Below, one piece after another: positions 1 to 50,997 of a DNA stretch of 64,000 bases (positions within the stretch are counted from its first letter, which is position 1; every line of letters begins with the position of its first letter). Both the position numbers and the translations under genes were made by a program. The notes under the pieces were generated by a model, which was not told the DNA's origin, did no database searches, and saw nothing but the letters and a program-made list of their open reading frames with translations. The DNA is from Tubiluchus corallicola (lineage: Eukaryota > Animalia > Priapulida), in the NCBI GenBank assembly GCA_030141605.1, contig JAQGDQ010000325.1, positions 159,075-223,074 on the forward strand, written 5' to 3'.

Positions 1-884
1 CTAAGTAACATAGATTTTCACGGAAAGTCTTTTGAGACATAATTTAACATTACCTTTTCTGCCCTTGATTTACGTTTGGAACATGACGTCATGCAATGGC
101 GCGATCGGAACAGTATTGCGGGAGAAATTGAAAACGATTAAAATGAAAACAAACTAAAATTTCTTTCAGTGCGAGTAAGATATACGCATAAAATTGCTAT
201 AAAGTAATATAATTCTTTAAGGCGATTTTTCTGAAACCTGCTTGTGGTACCCCTTTTCTTGTCCTTTAAACAATCTTTCCGTGGTGAAGCAGCTCATACG
301 TCTATTTTGAGACAACGCAACCACGGGAATATTTGCGAAATTGTACACAGCGATCTTTCCAGTGGAACAAAAATTTAATGAAGATGATAATTACGTCATT
401 TCCTTTGGGAAAATAAGTCGTCTTTGCAGTCAATTGGCTTGAAGTCTTTGATGTAAAGACAACAAAGCGAAAACGGCTATGATTAATAATATTTTAGACG
501 AACGAAGTTCTACTGCACAAATGCTAAGATTTCAGCAGAAGTCAATACTGTCTAGGGTCGTGTTTTCTCAAAACAGACCTACAAGTTGCATCATTCCAAG
601 AAACGTTGTTCATTAATTATTTAGTTTTAATAATTGACTTAGGTTTCGTTTAATTATCAGATAAGTTTTGTAAGGTAGATAAATTCTGTCTATCGAGAGA
701 CGTGAACCCGAGGTCTTATTCTGACGGTAGAACACAACGCTTGCCAAGTAAAAAAATTCTGCCTAGTGTGAGACTTGAACTCGAGCTCTCTTTTGACAGT
801 AGTACCAACTTTTCATAACGAAATCTAACCGAGACAGTTAGTATCTGTTAAACTAGACATCGTTTAAGGCAACTGCAGCATAAT

Positions 885-1390
885 GCTAACCCTAACCAAT
901 CTAACCTAACCTAACCTGACCTGACCTAATCTGACCTAACCTAATCTAACATAGCCTAACCTAACCTAACCTAACCTAACCTGAGCTGACCTGATCTGAC
1001 CTAACCTAATCTAACATAGCCTAACCTAACCTAACCTAACCTCACCTGATCCGACCTAACCTAATCTAACATAGCCTAACCTAACCTAACCTAACCTAAC
1101 CTAACCTAACCTAACCTAACCTAACCTAACCTAACCTAACCTAACCTCACCTGAGCTGACCTAATCTGACCTAACCTAATCTAACATAGCCTAACCTAAC
1201 CTAACCTAACCTAACCTAACCTAACCTAACCTAACCTCACCTGAGCTGACCTGATCTGACCTAACCTAACCTAATCTAACTTAAGCTGACCTAACCTAAC
1301 CTAATATAACTTAACTCGTCCTGGCCTGGCCTGGCCTGACCTGACCTGACCTGACCTGACCTGACCTGACCTGACCTGATCTGACCTGAG
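885..1390. repeat. (CCTAA)n tract grading into (CCTGA)n
   Basis: Pentamer array with variant units and higher-order blocks; complement is TTAGG. Confidence 0.9.
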
Positions 1391-2059
1391 GATTTATTAT
1401 TCACACCTTCATTTACTCGTTTGTTTATGAGTTTGCTGCTCACTCATTCTAACAATCATTTGCCTGTCAATTTTTTTGTTTCTTAGTTGATTCTTTTTAC
1501 TCATTCTTTCGTCTCCTTGATTCATTCTCTCCTTCGCTCCTTCGCTCACTTTTAATTAATCCTTTAATCCTTTAATTAATCCTTTCCACAGTCAATAAAT
1601 TTCACTTTATTATTTCATTTTTTATTCAGTTTTTCGCTCCTCTCCCCTTCACTCACTGTAACCTTAGTAACTCATTCATTGTTTCAATGTCACTACTTTC
1701 TAATTTTCTTCATATTAAACTTTAGAACTTAATAAGTAAAAGTGGAAATCTTTGTAGCAGAAGCTAAATTTATCCTGTACAGCTTTTCAGAAGTAGAAGT
1801 GATAGCGTGTCGTCGTGATTGAATTAACCAGTCCTCTTTGAGACTTCGTTAACAATCAATTTACAAGTAATTTACGGCTGAAATTGATGATTAAACTAGC
1901 GTAACGTTAGAGGAGATTTTTGCCCTCTGGGGACGAATCGTCCTAAAAAGAGGAGAAATTGATTTTACGCTGGTTAAACATGCGCTTAGGAAACCGCTAG
2001 AGGCCCCACTGTAGCTGGAGATGTAATTTGTGACAGTCGTTATGTACACTATCAAGCAG

Positions 2060-3850
2060 CCACGAAATAGATTTTTATTTTGAAAACCTTTTACTTCGTG
2101 AAAGTTCTCGCGAAGTTCGTGGTTTTCTTGTGATGAAAATCTTGTTGTAATAAAGTACCTGCCGTGAACGTTCTTATTTTGAACGTCTTGCTACGATAAA
2201 GTTCCTAAAATGTACCTTCTTATTTTGAAGATCTTAGCACAACGAAGTACCCGCAAAGTACGATATTACGTTAAAAACCTTTCTACGATAAAGTACCCAC
2301 AATTTACGTTTTTATTTTTAAATAACGATAAAGCACCCGCATAATGTAAGCACACACAATTTTTACGTATTTAGGTTTTTTAACCTTACTATGCATACCC
2401 CAAGTACGTTATTCGTTATTATGTCAAAAAACTTTCTACGATAAAGTACCCACAATTTACGCTTTTATTTTTAAACTACGATAAAGCACCCGTCTAATGT
2501 ACACAGAATTTTTACGTATTTAGATTTTAATCTTACTACGCATACATAAAGTACGTTATTATATCAAAAAACTTTCTACGATAAAGTACCTACTATGTTC
2601 TTGAATTTAAAATCTTACTACAAAAAAGAGCCCACACAAATTGTGCTGTTACATTGAAAATCTTTCTACAATAAAGAAAACCAAAAATATACGTCTTTAT
2701 TTTTAAAACTTACTATGGCAAAGTGACCACACAAATTACGTTGTTACGTTGAAAATGTTTTCGCGATGACGTACCCGCATCATACATGATTTTTTCTGCA
2801 ATTTTACTACATTAAAAAGCCCATACGTTATGATGCTGAAAGTCTTTTTACGTAAAAACCCACAATAAACGTTTTTGTTTTAAAAACCTTACCACGGTGA
2901 AGTGGATACACAATCTACGTTATTACTTTGAATATCTCTCTATGATAAAGAACCCACATTATACGTTGTTTTTTAAATTTTACTAAGATAAACAACGCAC
3001 ACAAAGTAAGTTACTACCTCGAAAAAGTTGCCCACAACATACGATTTTATTTTTTAAATCACAGTTTGATATACGCAAATACAAAATAGGTTATTACGTT
3101 AAAAAATTTTTTACGATAGAACACCACGACATAGGTTTTTTACAAGCTTAATACGATATCTTGAAAATATTACTACGATTAACCCTTACAGGGTCACGGG
3201 GGGGGGGGGTAAAAATACCGGTTTTTTGCATTTTACCCTTTTACCATACGCATCCCAGTAAACCTTTTCTATGACTTTTTCTAAATATGTTTTGTGCACA
3301 AAATACTTTCAGTTATTTATTTTAGGCGCATTGTCTCACCACGAAATAAAAGTGAAAATGCAATATGTCGATTTTTTAAAATTGTCGAAACTTTACTTCG
3401 CTTGTCTATACATGATACTGGCGATGTATCTGATAAACAAAATGTCGGTTACTCAAATTACTCCACCTAAAAGAAGAAAGCAGTAGACAATAAATTCAAA
3501 ATAACAATGATTTTTGCACACGCGCTAGCAATGTCGGTTGTCTACAGTTATTCCAGCATAGATAAGGGAGCGTAACTAAGTGAATTTAAATTTCGTATGA
3601 CTAGTAAGTCACATGTCTTTAAGCAGAGGTATAATGTATCCTATGGTGGTCAACATAACCACAAATTATGCTGTTGCTGTTTATTAATGGAACACGGCGG
3701 TTTATCAAAAGTAATTTACGAATTATGGTGGGGGTTAATCCCCCCCCCCCCGGTTACCAGAATCGGTTGTAAAAAAATCGTGACCCAATAAGGGTTAAGT
3801 ACCAACAAGGTACGTTTTAATTTCCAAAATTTTATCACGACAAAGTACAG
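2060..3850. repeat. Degenerate minisatellite of about 43 bp (CTACGATAAAGTACCCAC core), split by the piggyBac-like MITE
   Basis: Core recurs many times and resumes after 3798. Confidence 0.75.
3183..3794. mobile_element. piggyBac-like MITE
   Basis: TTAA|CCCTTACAGGGTCACG...CGTGACCCAATAAGGG|TTAA: TTAA target duplication, CCC/GGG ends, 14/16 TIR match. Confidence 0.85.
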
Positions 3851-3941
3851 AAAAATTGTTGTCACTGAATGTGCAATTAGTAGTTTTTTTATTTATACCA
3901 AATAGAAACATGTAAAAACTACATAAGTAGGATTATTTATA

Positions 3942-4011
3942 ATGTATCATTTAATTTTAGTTTTTTATATTTTGTGGATTTTTTTCTGGATTATATTTGG
4001 GTTACACACAG
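3942..4011 (+). CDS. Tentative Ret signal-peptide exon
   Basis: ATG opens MYHLILVFYILWIFFWIIFGLHT then G|gtgttg (phase 1), which would splice to ADG-LDF. Donor is weak and AT-rich DNA encodes such peptides by chance. Confidence 0.25.
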
Positions 4012-4349
4012 GTGTTGACGTATTTCCAGGAATATTTGCTTGCATTAAGGATTTCCGGCGCGCTAGGAAAGTTGTATTTGATATGTCTATTCAATGAAAC
4101 ATTTACGCTATGATTCAAGGAAGCGATATCCGATACCTGAACATTGCCAAGCCTGTTAACATTCATTATTAATTAGCACTGCTGCTTGCGAAATCAATAA
4201 TGATTATGACGAATCACGAACACGGGTCGTGTTCGTTCAGGTACACAGGTGGTGATTAGATAGGCTGCAGGTACCTGACTTGATCAATTCTTTTGGATTT
4301 TCATGGGTCTTTGTGATTTCTAGTAGATTGTGAGAGTGATTAGTTAGTG

Positions 4350-5620
<1,271 letters not shown>

Positions 5621-6642
5621 GTATATTTTCGTTCTGTGATTAATGCATTTAGTCGTTCAATGATTTACTTTGTCGGTCCCTTCATTTAGCCATCCACGTT
5701 TTTGTTGATGCATTCATCCGTGACCTCACCCCTCATTTACTCGTTAATTTCTCTTTTATTCGTTCGTTTAATAATTAATTTATTCCGTCTTTCCGATTTG
5801 TGATATTTTCTTTCAATCAGCTTCACATGTTTTAATTATCGAACAAAAGCTTTTCGTCAAGGAAATAACAGAGCGTGAAGCTCAAATAGCAAAGAAAATT
5901 TAAATAAAAATGAAAAATCTCTTTTCCGCTAGTGACTTTACACACTGGGCAATTAGTTGCAACAAACTGAAGCTGAATTAAATATACTTTCATCGTTATT
6001 TCACGCCAAATCACAAATTCTCCAAATACAATTAAAGGCTTGCATTACCACAACAGATATTAAAGTTTTTTTAATGCACTATAATGATTACTCATAGAAT
6101 TCGTGGTTATTATTATAAAATCTACCACCACATGTGAATGATGCTCCAACTGTAAATCCTGGCAACAGAAAATTGTTTAGAAACTGGTTATTTCATGTTG
6201 ATTTCAGCAAATTTTTACTTTTTAACAGACTCTTGTAAGTAGCTATTTAGTTCTTTGTGCTTTTTACCGTAATCTTCTACTTATATTATTATTATTATTA
6301 CTTTGTTTTAATTCGCACTGTTTTTGTAGTATCCTTTATTATTTTATTTCACTTTTTAACTGCCTTGTCACTCGTGTATTGCACTTTGAAGGTTACGAAA
6401 TAAAATAAAATAAAAAGAGACTGAACTTAGATATCTTACATTTTTCTGACGAATTTCGAACACGTGTTTTGCTGTAAAGATCGCCATGTTTCGCGTGTTT
6501 GGCGAGAGTGAGCGAGAATGACGTATATAAAGCAGAAAGCGTCTTTGGTTACCGATGTTTGTTTACCGATCTTTGGTGACTTCGTGACAGTACTCATTTG
6601 CTGTCCTATCACGTGTAACAGTCAATCAGATAACTAGTAACA

Positions 6643-6871
6643 GGGTGATTTAGTCTAGTGGTAACTCGTCCACTTTTCATCTGAGAGGTCGTGAGTTCGA
6701 ACCAGCAGCCGGGTAATACCAAAGACTTTAAAATGCTACCTGCTGTTGCCCTGCCTGGCACGCGGTATTTAGGGTAAAAGTGGGGTAATAACAGTCTCTG
6801 TTATGTTGCTGTGGATTGTTATTTACAGTCAATGGAGAAACTCTTTCGAGCTTATGTTAATTGTTCACATA

Positions 6872-6875
<4 letters not shown>
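6643..6875 (+). mobile_element. tRNA-derived SINE, core resembling the Meta domain
   Basis: A box TAGTCTAGTGG and B box GTTCGAACC, then ATACCAAAGACTTTAAAATGCTACCTGCTGTTGCCCTGCCTGGCAC (recalled similarity to the MetaSINE core, not searched), running into an (AAT)n tail. Confidence 0.65.
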
Positions 6876-7150
<275 letters not shown>

Positions 7151-7584
7151 TGTGTAACCACCAAAGCAATTTCATTGTTTGCGTTCATTAAACTACGTTC
7201 TCCGTATAGTTAAAGTGAAGCTTTAAAAAAGACAATTTTTCGATTCAGCTGCCGTATTTCTTCTTACCTGGGAGGTCAGCTAACTGGCAGCTCAAAGTGC
7301 TTCTATTCTCGCCAGGTAGGCGGCGTGCTACTCAATACCGTCTAGGTTTTGAAAATTCCTAGTCAACTCAATCTGATTTTGACATGAAAACACTATTAAG
7401 CTCATTAAATTGGCAAATTTGCACTAGATGCATAGAGAGAGGTGTTTTTGTTATAACTGCAGTTAGCGATTCCCATGATGGAGAAAGTAGTTAAATTTAA
7501 TGGCGTGGTGAAAGACAGGGCGGATCTTGTGAATTCTGGTATAGGGTGGCACTCGGTACAACACCCTCTCTCTCTTTCTCTCTT

Positions 7585-7702
<118 letters not shown>

Positions 7703-8604
7703 CTGTCTGTCTGTTTATCTGTTCTTCCGTCTATCTATCTATTTATCTATTCAGCCACACACACACGCACGCACGCATGCACGCACGCACGCACGCACAC
7801 ACGTCCGTCCGTCCGTCCGTCCATCCATCCATCCATCCATCCATCCATCCATCCATCCACGCATCCTCTCTCTTATTGTCCCTTGCTTTTTCCTCTTTTC
7901 GTTTCTCTCTCTTTCTCTCTCTCTCTCTCACTCTCTCTCTCTCCTTCTCGCTCTCTCCCCCTGTTCTCTGTCCTTATCTCTTTGTTAATATTCTCTCCCA
8001 CTCTATCTTTCACCTCTAGCTTCATATTCTCCCATTCCTCTATTTTCCATCTTAATTCTCATCCTTTCCTTCCTGTCTAACCCTTTCCTTGCGTTACTAC
8101 TATCAATCTCCCATCCGTTAGCACTGAATCTGAGTTTTCTTACATCCACCTTTCCACCCCCAATCCGGCAGAAGCCATTTTCAGCAACTTGTGCCGTCTC
8201 ACATTTTTGGCGAACAGAAATTCCCAACTCTTACAAAAACCCGTCGATTTTATTTGGCTTTTTACGAATTCCTGGAAATTGTTGTACAATTACTGCATTC
8301 GATAACCATAACCGATTTACTTTGCTGGTTGCTGCACATTATCTTTAATGGAGAAGCCCTGTAACTTCGCTTGTAAGCGCTCAGAGTTGAAACCTGGCTT
8401 CTTTATTAATGTCTTTCAACGTTTTGCTGGAATTTTACCTGGTAATTCAAAACAGCAGGTAGTTGGGAGAGTTGGACCACTTATAATCGACCAGGCAACT
8501 AAAATCTGCTAAAGAGTTAAAATAAAGCCATTCCTACTTCAGCAAAGTTGCAAATATTCGACGTATAGCAGACATCAGCACACGCAGCCACCTACCAATG
8601 TTAA

Positions 8605-9311
8605 AGGAAAGCAGGATGATTTTTCATATCCTACCCCATTTTGAAATGCGTTAATAATATTCATTTTAATACCAGTATTAATGCCTAAAAAATTCTGCTA
8701 ATTAAATAATAGGCTGAGAACTTAATTAACGGAGTGGCGAGCCCAACTATTGATGACATCACAAACTAACATTATTTTCAACAGCAAAAATATTCCACAA
8801 GCGTGTTGCACGTGTTTGCAAAACCGAAAATTGAAGTACAGTGCTACTGTAAGATACTGAGTCTGTAAGATTGTAAGAGTCTTGTACTAGAACTAAGCAA
8901 GTTTTAAGTTCAAAATTCATGCTCACGCAAGGGCTCTCTGCAGTGTGCACTACATATCAACTGAACACCTCTGAATTATGAGGCACACCACTTGCTAAAA
9001 CTAAGCAAGTCTAAAGAGAAAAATTCAAATTTACTGCTATGCTAACGCATGAGCTGTCGAACGTGTGTAGTTTATCACAAACTAACGCATCTGAACGGAG
9101 ATAGCACTGTTTTTTGTGCTATGCGTTTCCAAAATGCGGGATCTAGTGCCAGTCTAACTAGCGAATGACTAAATGCAACGAAGAACTAATGGTGAAAATG
9201 CAAAATTACCGTTCTGTGGTAATAATTCATTTACGTAAGGTATTCTTGAGAAAGTAGCATGTTGGAGTAGATAATTTTGAATTGTAGTTTAAGATTGACT
9301 ACGGTTTTGCC
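8605..9311. mobile_element. Kolobok-like family B copy (others at about 20337-20941 and 59010-59550)
   Basis: Starts TTAA|AGGAA..GGATGATTTTTCAT; shared blocks GATGACATCACAAACTAAC and GTCTAACTAGCGAATG in three copies; right ends approximate. Confidence 0.7.
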
Positions 9312-9970
9312 TTAAGATGCTACAAACTGAAAGAAAGCATTAGACAAAAAGAAGATATTAGAGTCCACGTTACTAAAATGACATTCCAAAGTGCTAATGT
9401 ATCGTTTCTTGGAAAAAAATCGTAAGAAAACAAAAGAGCATCTTAAGCCCTTAAAACGCGCAGAACAAAATGACAGCTGACAAAATTTCTGTTTATTTTC
9501 TTTCGTCAAACAAAAAAGAGTTTCTACCATTCAAAAACGTCTTCTGAGCAAACAGCCATTTTCTTGTACAAATCTGAAATCTGAATGGACAAACGCACCG
9601 CCTGGTTAATTAAAATGCAGCGGCTTTGATGGCGCCTTGAAAGATGCGAAAACATGGCCGCTTTGCTGAATAAAGCGCAAAAGTTATTAGCAAAAAGATG
9701 TTAAGTCGAGGATTTGTGTTCGCATCTTTAACTGATTAACATGGCAAAAGGGCAAAGACGTGCACAAAGAAGCAGCCCTGGTAAAACATCAGAATCAGAT
9801 TCCGAGTTTTTACTTTTTCCCATAATAACAACGTTAAATGCAAATAAGTAATAGAATGGGCGGGGGAAAGCTAAAGTCAGCCACCCTTTTCAAGATGTAG
9901 GAACTAAAGATGTAGTAGCAATAATGTTGTTACTTAGTCTGTTGTTACTTAGTTGTTACTTAGGCTTTAA

Positions 9971-10639
9971 AGTACACGAAAACCCTTCATAAACTTAAAG
10001 CTGAAAATATTCGTCTTAAAATTTTATATCGCTTACATACTGCCTTTTTGCATGCAGGACTTCAATCGACAGTCACGCTGTATAAAACATGTAAATTTAA
10101 ACTCCCGCGATGACCGTTAGACGCAGCCATTTTCACGACAGGTCATTTGAAACAAGTTTAGATAACATTTTGTAAAGTTTTAAAAAATAATCAGAGCACT
10201 CGTAGCGCTCAAGTCACTAACTAAATAAAATTTAAAATTAGTGTATCTTGTCAATAAGATTAAAAACACGTTTTTGGTTAGTGAGTGGTGCACCCTGGAT
10301 GGTGAGTCAGCGACATTTTACCAATTGGTGAAAACATTTTAAATAATTAATAATTTTCTTTTTTAGTTACATAAGTCTTCCATCAGGTAAGCGAAAAGCT
10401 AATTAACATGGATTTGCAGCAAAGTTTTTTGGGACATAATTTAACATGTTGTTTTCTTCCCCTGATATTAGCGACGTCATGTAATGGCGACTTCGAAGCA
10501 GTAATGCGCGGCATTTAAAATGAAAACAAACAAACATTCCCTTTAACGCGAGTACGATAACGCATAAAATTGCTATAAAGTAATATAACTTTTAAGGCGA
10601 TTTTTCTGAAACCTACTTTAGGAACCCCTTTTTCTCCCT
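9971..10639. mobile_element. TTAA-flanked family C repeat (related pieces at 1-265, 11735-12530, 27270-27580, 36330-36811, 57640-58050)
   Basis: Shared blocks AAATTTAAACTCC..GCAGCCATTT, AATAATCAGAGCA, GTGGTGCACACTGGGAT; ends CCT|TTAA. Confidence 0.65.
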
Positions 10640-10921
10640 TTAATGTTTTTATTTCGGTAATGGGTCTCATTTTGCTTACTCTGTCACGGGATGTTACTTA
10701 TTACGCGAAAAACTGCTGCTTAATATGAAATTTCATTATAATAGCAAGAAAGAGTGCCATCTGTTAGGTAAGAATGCATTTAAATTTCAAATGTCCTAAA
10801 ATTGTAGTTACTGTTCTATATTCTTGCTCACCAGCAAATTTGCTAGCCGATACGTGAGACATACACGTCGGCCTATCATTCCAACTCACAACATTATTGA
10901 TTTTTATTTCACTTTTTTCAG

Positions 10922-47308
<36,387 letters not shown>

Positions 47309-48367
47309 CGGTGTCATGGCTGTGATGAAATCATATGACGTCATAAATGCAGACCCGTCTCAAAATGGGTCATATAAGACCTATGACTTTTATGCTACTG
47401 TATGAACACTGACATAACTAAATGATTACAAATTAACCACTGTTGTATTCAGTGATTTAATTGGATAAAATTCAGAAAAACGCACCCTTTTCAGGCATTC
47501 AAACTTAGTATATTGAGTAGCTTAGTTTGGTGTACGCTTACGTAAGCGTACACATCAATTTGCTGATCGCCTGCTTGCTACAACATAAGCTGTGCAGAGT
47601 CCTGCTCTTATTCCAGGAAGAACAAGCCGATCAGCCAAGGGCATATTAAAGTCGTTTCATCTTTTAACAAGAATTTCTCTTAAAAATAGAGTATACTCGA
47701 GGCTAAAGTGTGTCAGAGTGCTGTACGTTCATCAGGTAAAGACAATGTAGGGTATTAGTCTGCTCACGTAAGCAGTGTTATATGGCATTTGGATGGCGGC
47801 AAAGCTTCGCTTACAGAGCTTATAGTATATAAATTTCGCTGGCAGCAAATCTTCGCCCACAAATATAAATATAACAATGGTCATTATGGCTTGGTCCTTA
47901 GACAAATTTATATGAGATAATTCTTCAACTTAGCCCTAACTAGGCCCTCTAATGCGCTCTGCTTTTGCACAACTATCATTATACTGTAGGTGCGACTGTT
48001 GCACCATCCTTTGCACAAAAGTGTGAAACTCTTTACTAAATAAATTTATATCGTAATGCAATTATAATGCATAAGAGTATCAGTGATTCTTGTAAAAACT
48101 CTCTATAATTAATTATCTTGCGAAGCTACAATTTTTTTCGTATAATTCACGTCATATGGTTTCATTTAGTCAGCCAAACATCTGGTGTAGGTCTAACAGG
48201 AATATTGTTATGTAAATATTAATGTATCATTGACGGCTGGTTTATTGTGTATTGTGTCGATCATCAAAGCTTTCTACGTTCAATTCGCTTTTCTTTTCTT
48301 TTTTAAATTGTTTTCACTGCTTCGATAAAGATATACACGCTGTGTAGAATTCTGAACACAGATATCT

Positions 48368-49100
48368 ATATATATATATATATATATGCTGAACAGTCGA
48401 CGTCCATTCAATGAAGCGTCTTGGGTCATGATTCTGTTCACCTCTTTTTGCCAGAACTCCCTTCTCTCTCCAGATGGATCAAGTACTTGTAACTCTATGG
48501 ATCAGTGCTGAACTGTTTAAATCTTTCTGTGCAATCTTTCAATATTTCAAATTTTTCGATATGTTGACATTTGTCTTCCTGCTGGCTTTCCGGCTGGTTC
48601 AATGGCTTGTTGAAGAGCTGTCTTCACTGAATTATCATCAGGTAGTCTAACTGATGCCCATTTGCTTTATGCAAGTACTTCAGATGTAAGGATCTTAAAC
48701 CACGTCTTTTTATTTTCCTTGTCCAAGGTTCGTCTCTTATTTTTTCATTTAGATCTTTAATTGAGATTTTCTTTGGCCATCTGATACTCAAAATGTTTCT
48801 GTAATTTCACCTTTGAAAGGCATCGATTTTAGCTCTATGATTTGCTTTTAATGTCCAGAGCGCAGAGTTGTACAGAAATACAGTTGATAAAGTTTCAACT
48901 AAGGCTAAGAATATTCTGACTTTTGCTTCCAAAGAATTCCTGTTCTCAAAAACTTGCAAGTTTTGAATGTGCTGATAATGCCATAATCATGTAATATACC
49001 GACTAGTGAGACTTGTTTTGCTTTTGACATAAGCAGAAACCTTCTTTCCTGTCAAAGTTGCCACCTAGTTTTTTCGAAGTTTTTCTATGTGTTTCTCTAG
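48368..49100 (-). mobile_element. Degraded RTE-like LINE 3' fragment
   Basis: Minus-strand remnants FLYNSALWTLK..KIDAFQR and ILSIRWPKKIS with frameshifts; (TA)n at the 3' end. Confidence 0.6.
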
Positions 49101-49232
49101 TCGCGTTTGCATGTATGACAAACATACTTGTTGATACCAAGCTGTATAAAATCTATTGTTAGTATTTATGGCTGTACAGTGTATAATAAAATGTAATTTT
49201 TGCAGCATTAAAAGGGTTGATTACATGTTTAA

Positions 49233-49763
49233 AGGAAAGGTCAAGTCTTTTGGGAAGTTAGTCTTATTTCAATGCTTGCAAAAAATTCTAGAAGGATTTA
49301 GTAATAAAAGTGTGATAAGCGCCTCTCGCGTAATTATAAAGTCATTTTAGAGTCAGGATCATTTCATGTTTGAGGGCGCTTCAATTTTGAGCGCACATTT
49401 TTTACCAATGACGTCACTCATGGGCTGAAAAAAGCAGTGCACTGTGAGTTTCCGTCACAAAGTATATTAAGTTTTTACAAAGGATTATATAGTTAATTTT
49501 GTAACATTTTTCCATGAAATTTATGTATCCCGTCGAAGTTTGAATGAGTTTATGCAGCGCACGTGAACAGTCACGAAGTCCATCAGTTGCGTCATCATTT
49601 TCAAGTAAATGGCGGATACCGTCGCGCACGAATATCTTTATACAGCGGTAGCATAAACTAACTTTATAGACATTTTTTGGGAATAAATTCTTTGTTATAT
49701 ATTTCTAAATTTAGGTGATAGAATCAAAATAAACACAACATACTAAATGACTTGTCCTTTCCT
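49233..49763. mobile_element. Kolobok-like non-autonomous DNA transposon
   Basis: TTAA|AGGAAAGGTCAAGTC...GACTTGTCCTTTCCT|TTAA; related copies at about 28486-29078 and inverted at about 28005-28362. Confidence 0.8.
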
Positions 49764-50228
49764 TTAAGAATTAGACTAAGAGAATGTATATAATTATTGT
49801 AGAATCATCAGCCAATATTATTAATGCTGTAATAAGACAATTTTAACAATTAAATGCATTTTGTTTACAAAATAAAAGCGTTTGTAGTTTCATGGTCTGT
49901 GCTGTAGATGTAAGCAAACTGCCCTGGACAAACCACCAAGCAAATTAAGCAAGTGTTTAGGGCCTCGTTGGAAGAGAGGGCCAACATAGTTTTTCAAATC
50001 GAATAATTCCCAAAAGTAAAATATATCGGAATGTGTGTGGCGGTTTCTGTGTTTCTTTACAACATGGCGGAACGGATGGTCATCGAGATTCTGGCTACTG
50101 ACCAACCTGAGCTGTTCAGGGCCCATATGATGACATTGACTGATTATTTTTTTATTACAGGCACTTAAAAATATTTATACTTAAGACACCACAGCTCTGT
50201 TAAAACTTTTAATTTACACAGTTACAAA

Positions 50229-50278
50229 TCTTGCCAAACGTTTCGACAGAGCTACTGCTGTCATCATCAGTGGTAAAA
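50229..50278 (-). ncRNA. Minimal type I hammerhead ribozyme motif (Penelope-type)
   Basis: Minus strand UUUUACCA CUGAUGA U GACAG-cagtagct-CUGUC GAAA CG UU UGGCAAGA: intact core boxes, 5-bp stem II, palindromic ACGU stem III, stem I pairing. Confidence 0.7.
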
Positions 50279-50997
50279 TTACAAACGTACAACCAGTTTA
50301 TATAAGCAGAGCCTACAGTATAGGGCCTTTAGCATTAGTACGTATTGTTCTTTACTGTAGGCCCTGCTTGTTAACACAACAAACACGAAAGTTATTTGCA
50401 TAAGGTGTTTCTGCAGTCTTTGTTTTCTAAAGAAGGAGAAAAAACAAAAGAATACATAAAATTTGCAGTAATGTAATTTGAACAAAAAAATTACACAGAA
50501 AATTGCTATCTAATTAATAAACTTAGATTTACAAAAATCACTTACTTCATTCGGCTAGAGAGAGCACACTGTTTATGGTTTATGAAGCATGACATTAAAT
50601 TTCTCATATAAAAAATTGCATTATCCACCAATTACAAGTAAGTCTCTGCAATAACCAGTTGAGTCTGTCAGCAATTGCCCACTTGTCCCCTTTAGTTTTT
50701 GGCTCCCTCATGCGGGAAAAATAAAAAACGAATTATATGGGTAATTGAGTAATTTGCCCATAACACTGCTTATATAAAGTGGTTACATGTTTTTAAAATT
50801 TACCACTAATGATGACAGCAGTAGTACTGTCGAAACGTTTGACATGATCTTTAACATTGTGAGTTAAACGTTTTAGTAAAGTTGGGCTGTATTAAATATA
50901 AATGATTGATTATATAATGAAATGTGTCATAATATATTCCAGGCGTGGTAATTCTTATAAAAATGTGGCGATACTGAAAACAGAATAATGTTGCTTT

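Noticed and set aside
885-1390. True telomere
   Set aside because: Short, degenerate and flanked by non-telomeric DNA on both sides.
6643-6715. tRNA gene
   Set aside because: A/B boxes present but no convincing acceptor stem or T-run terminator; continues into SINE body.
7249-7315. Possible upstream Ret exon (cag|CTG..CCAG|gtagg)
   Set aside because: Phase fits but there is no ATG or signal-peptide character, and exon 10922 already matches the mature N-terminus.
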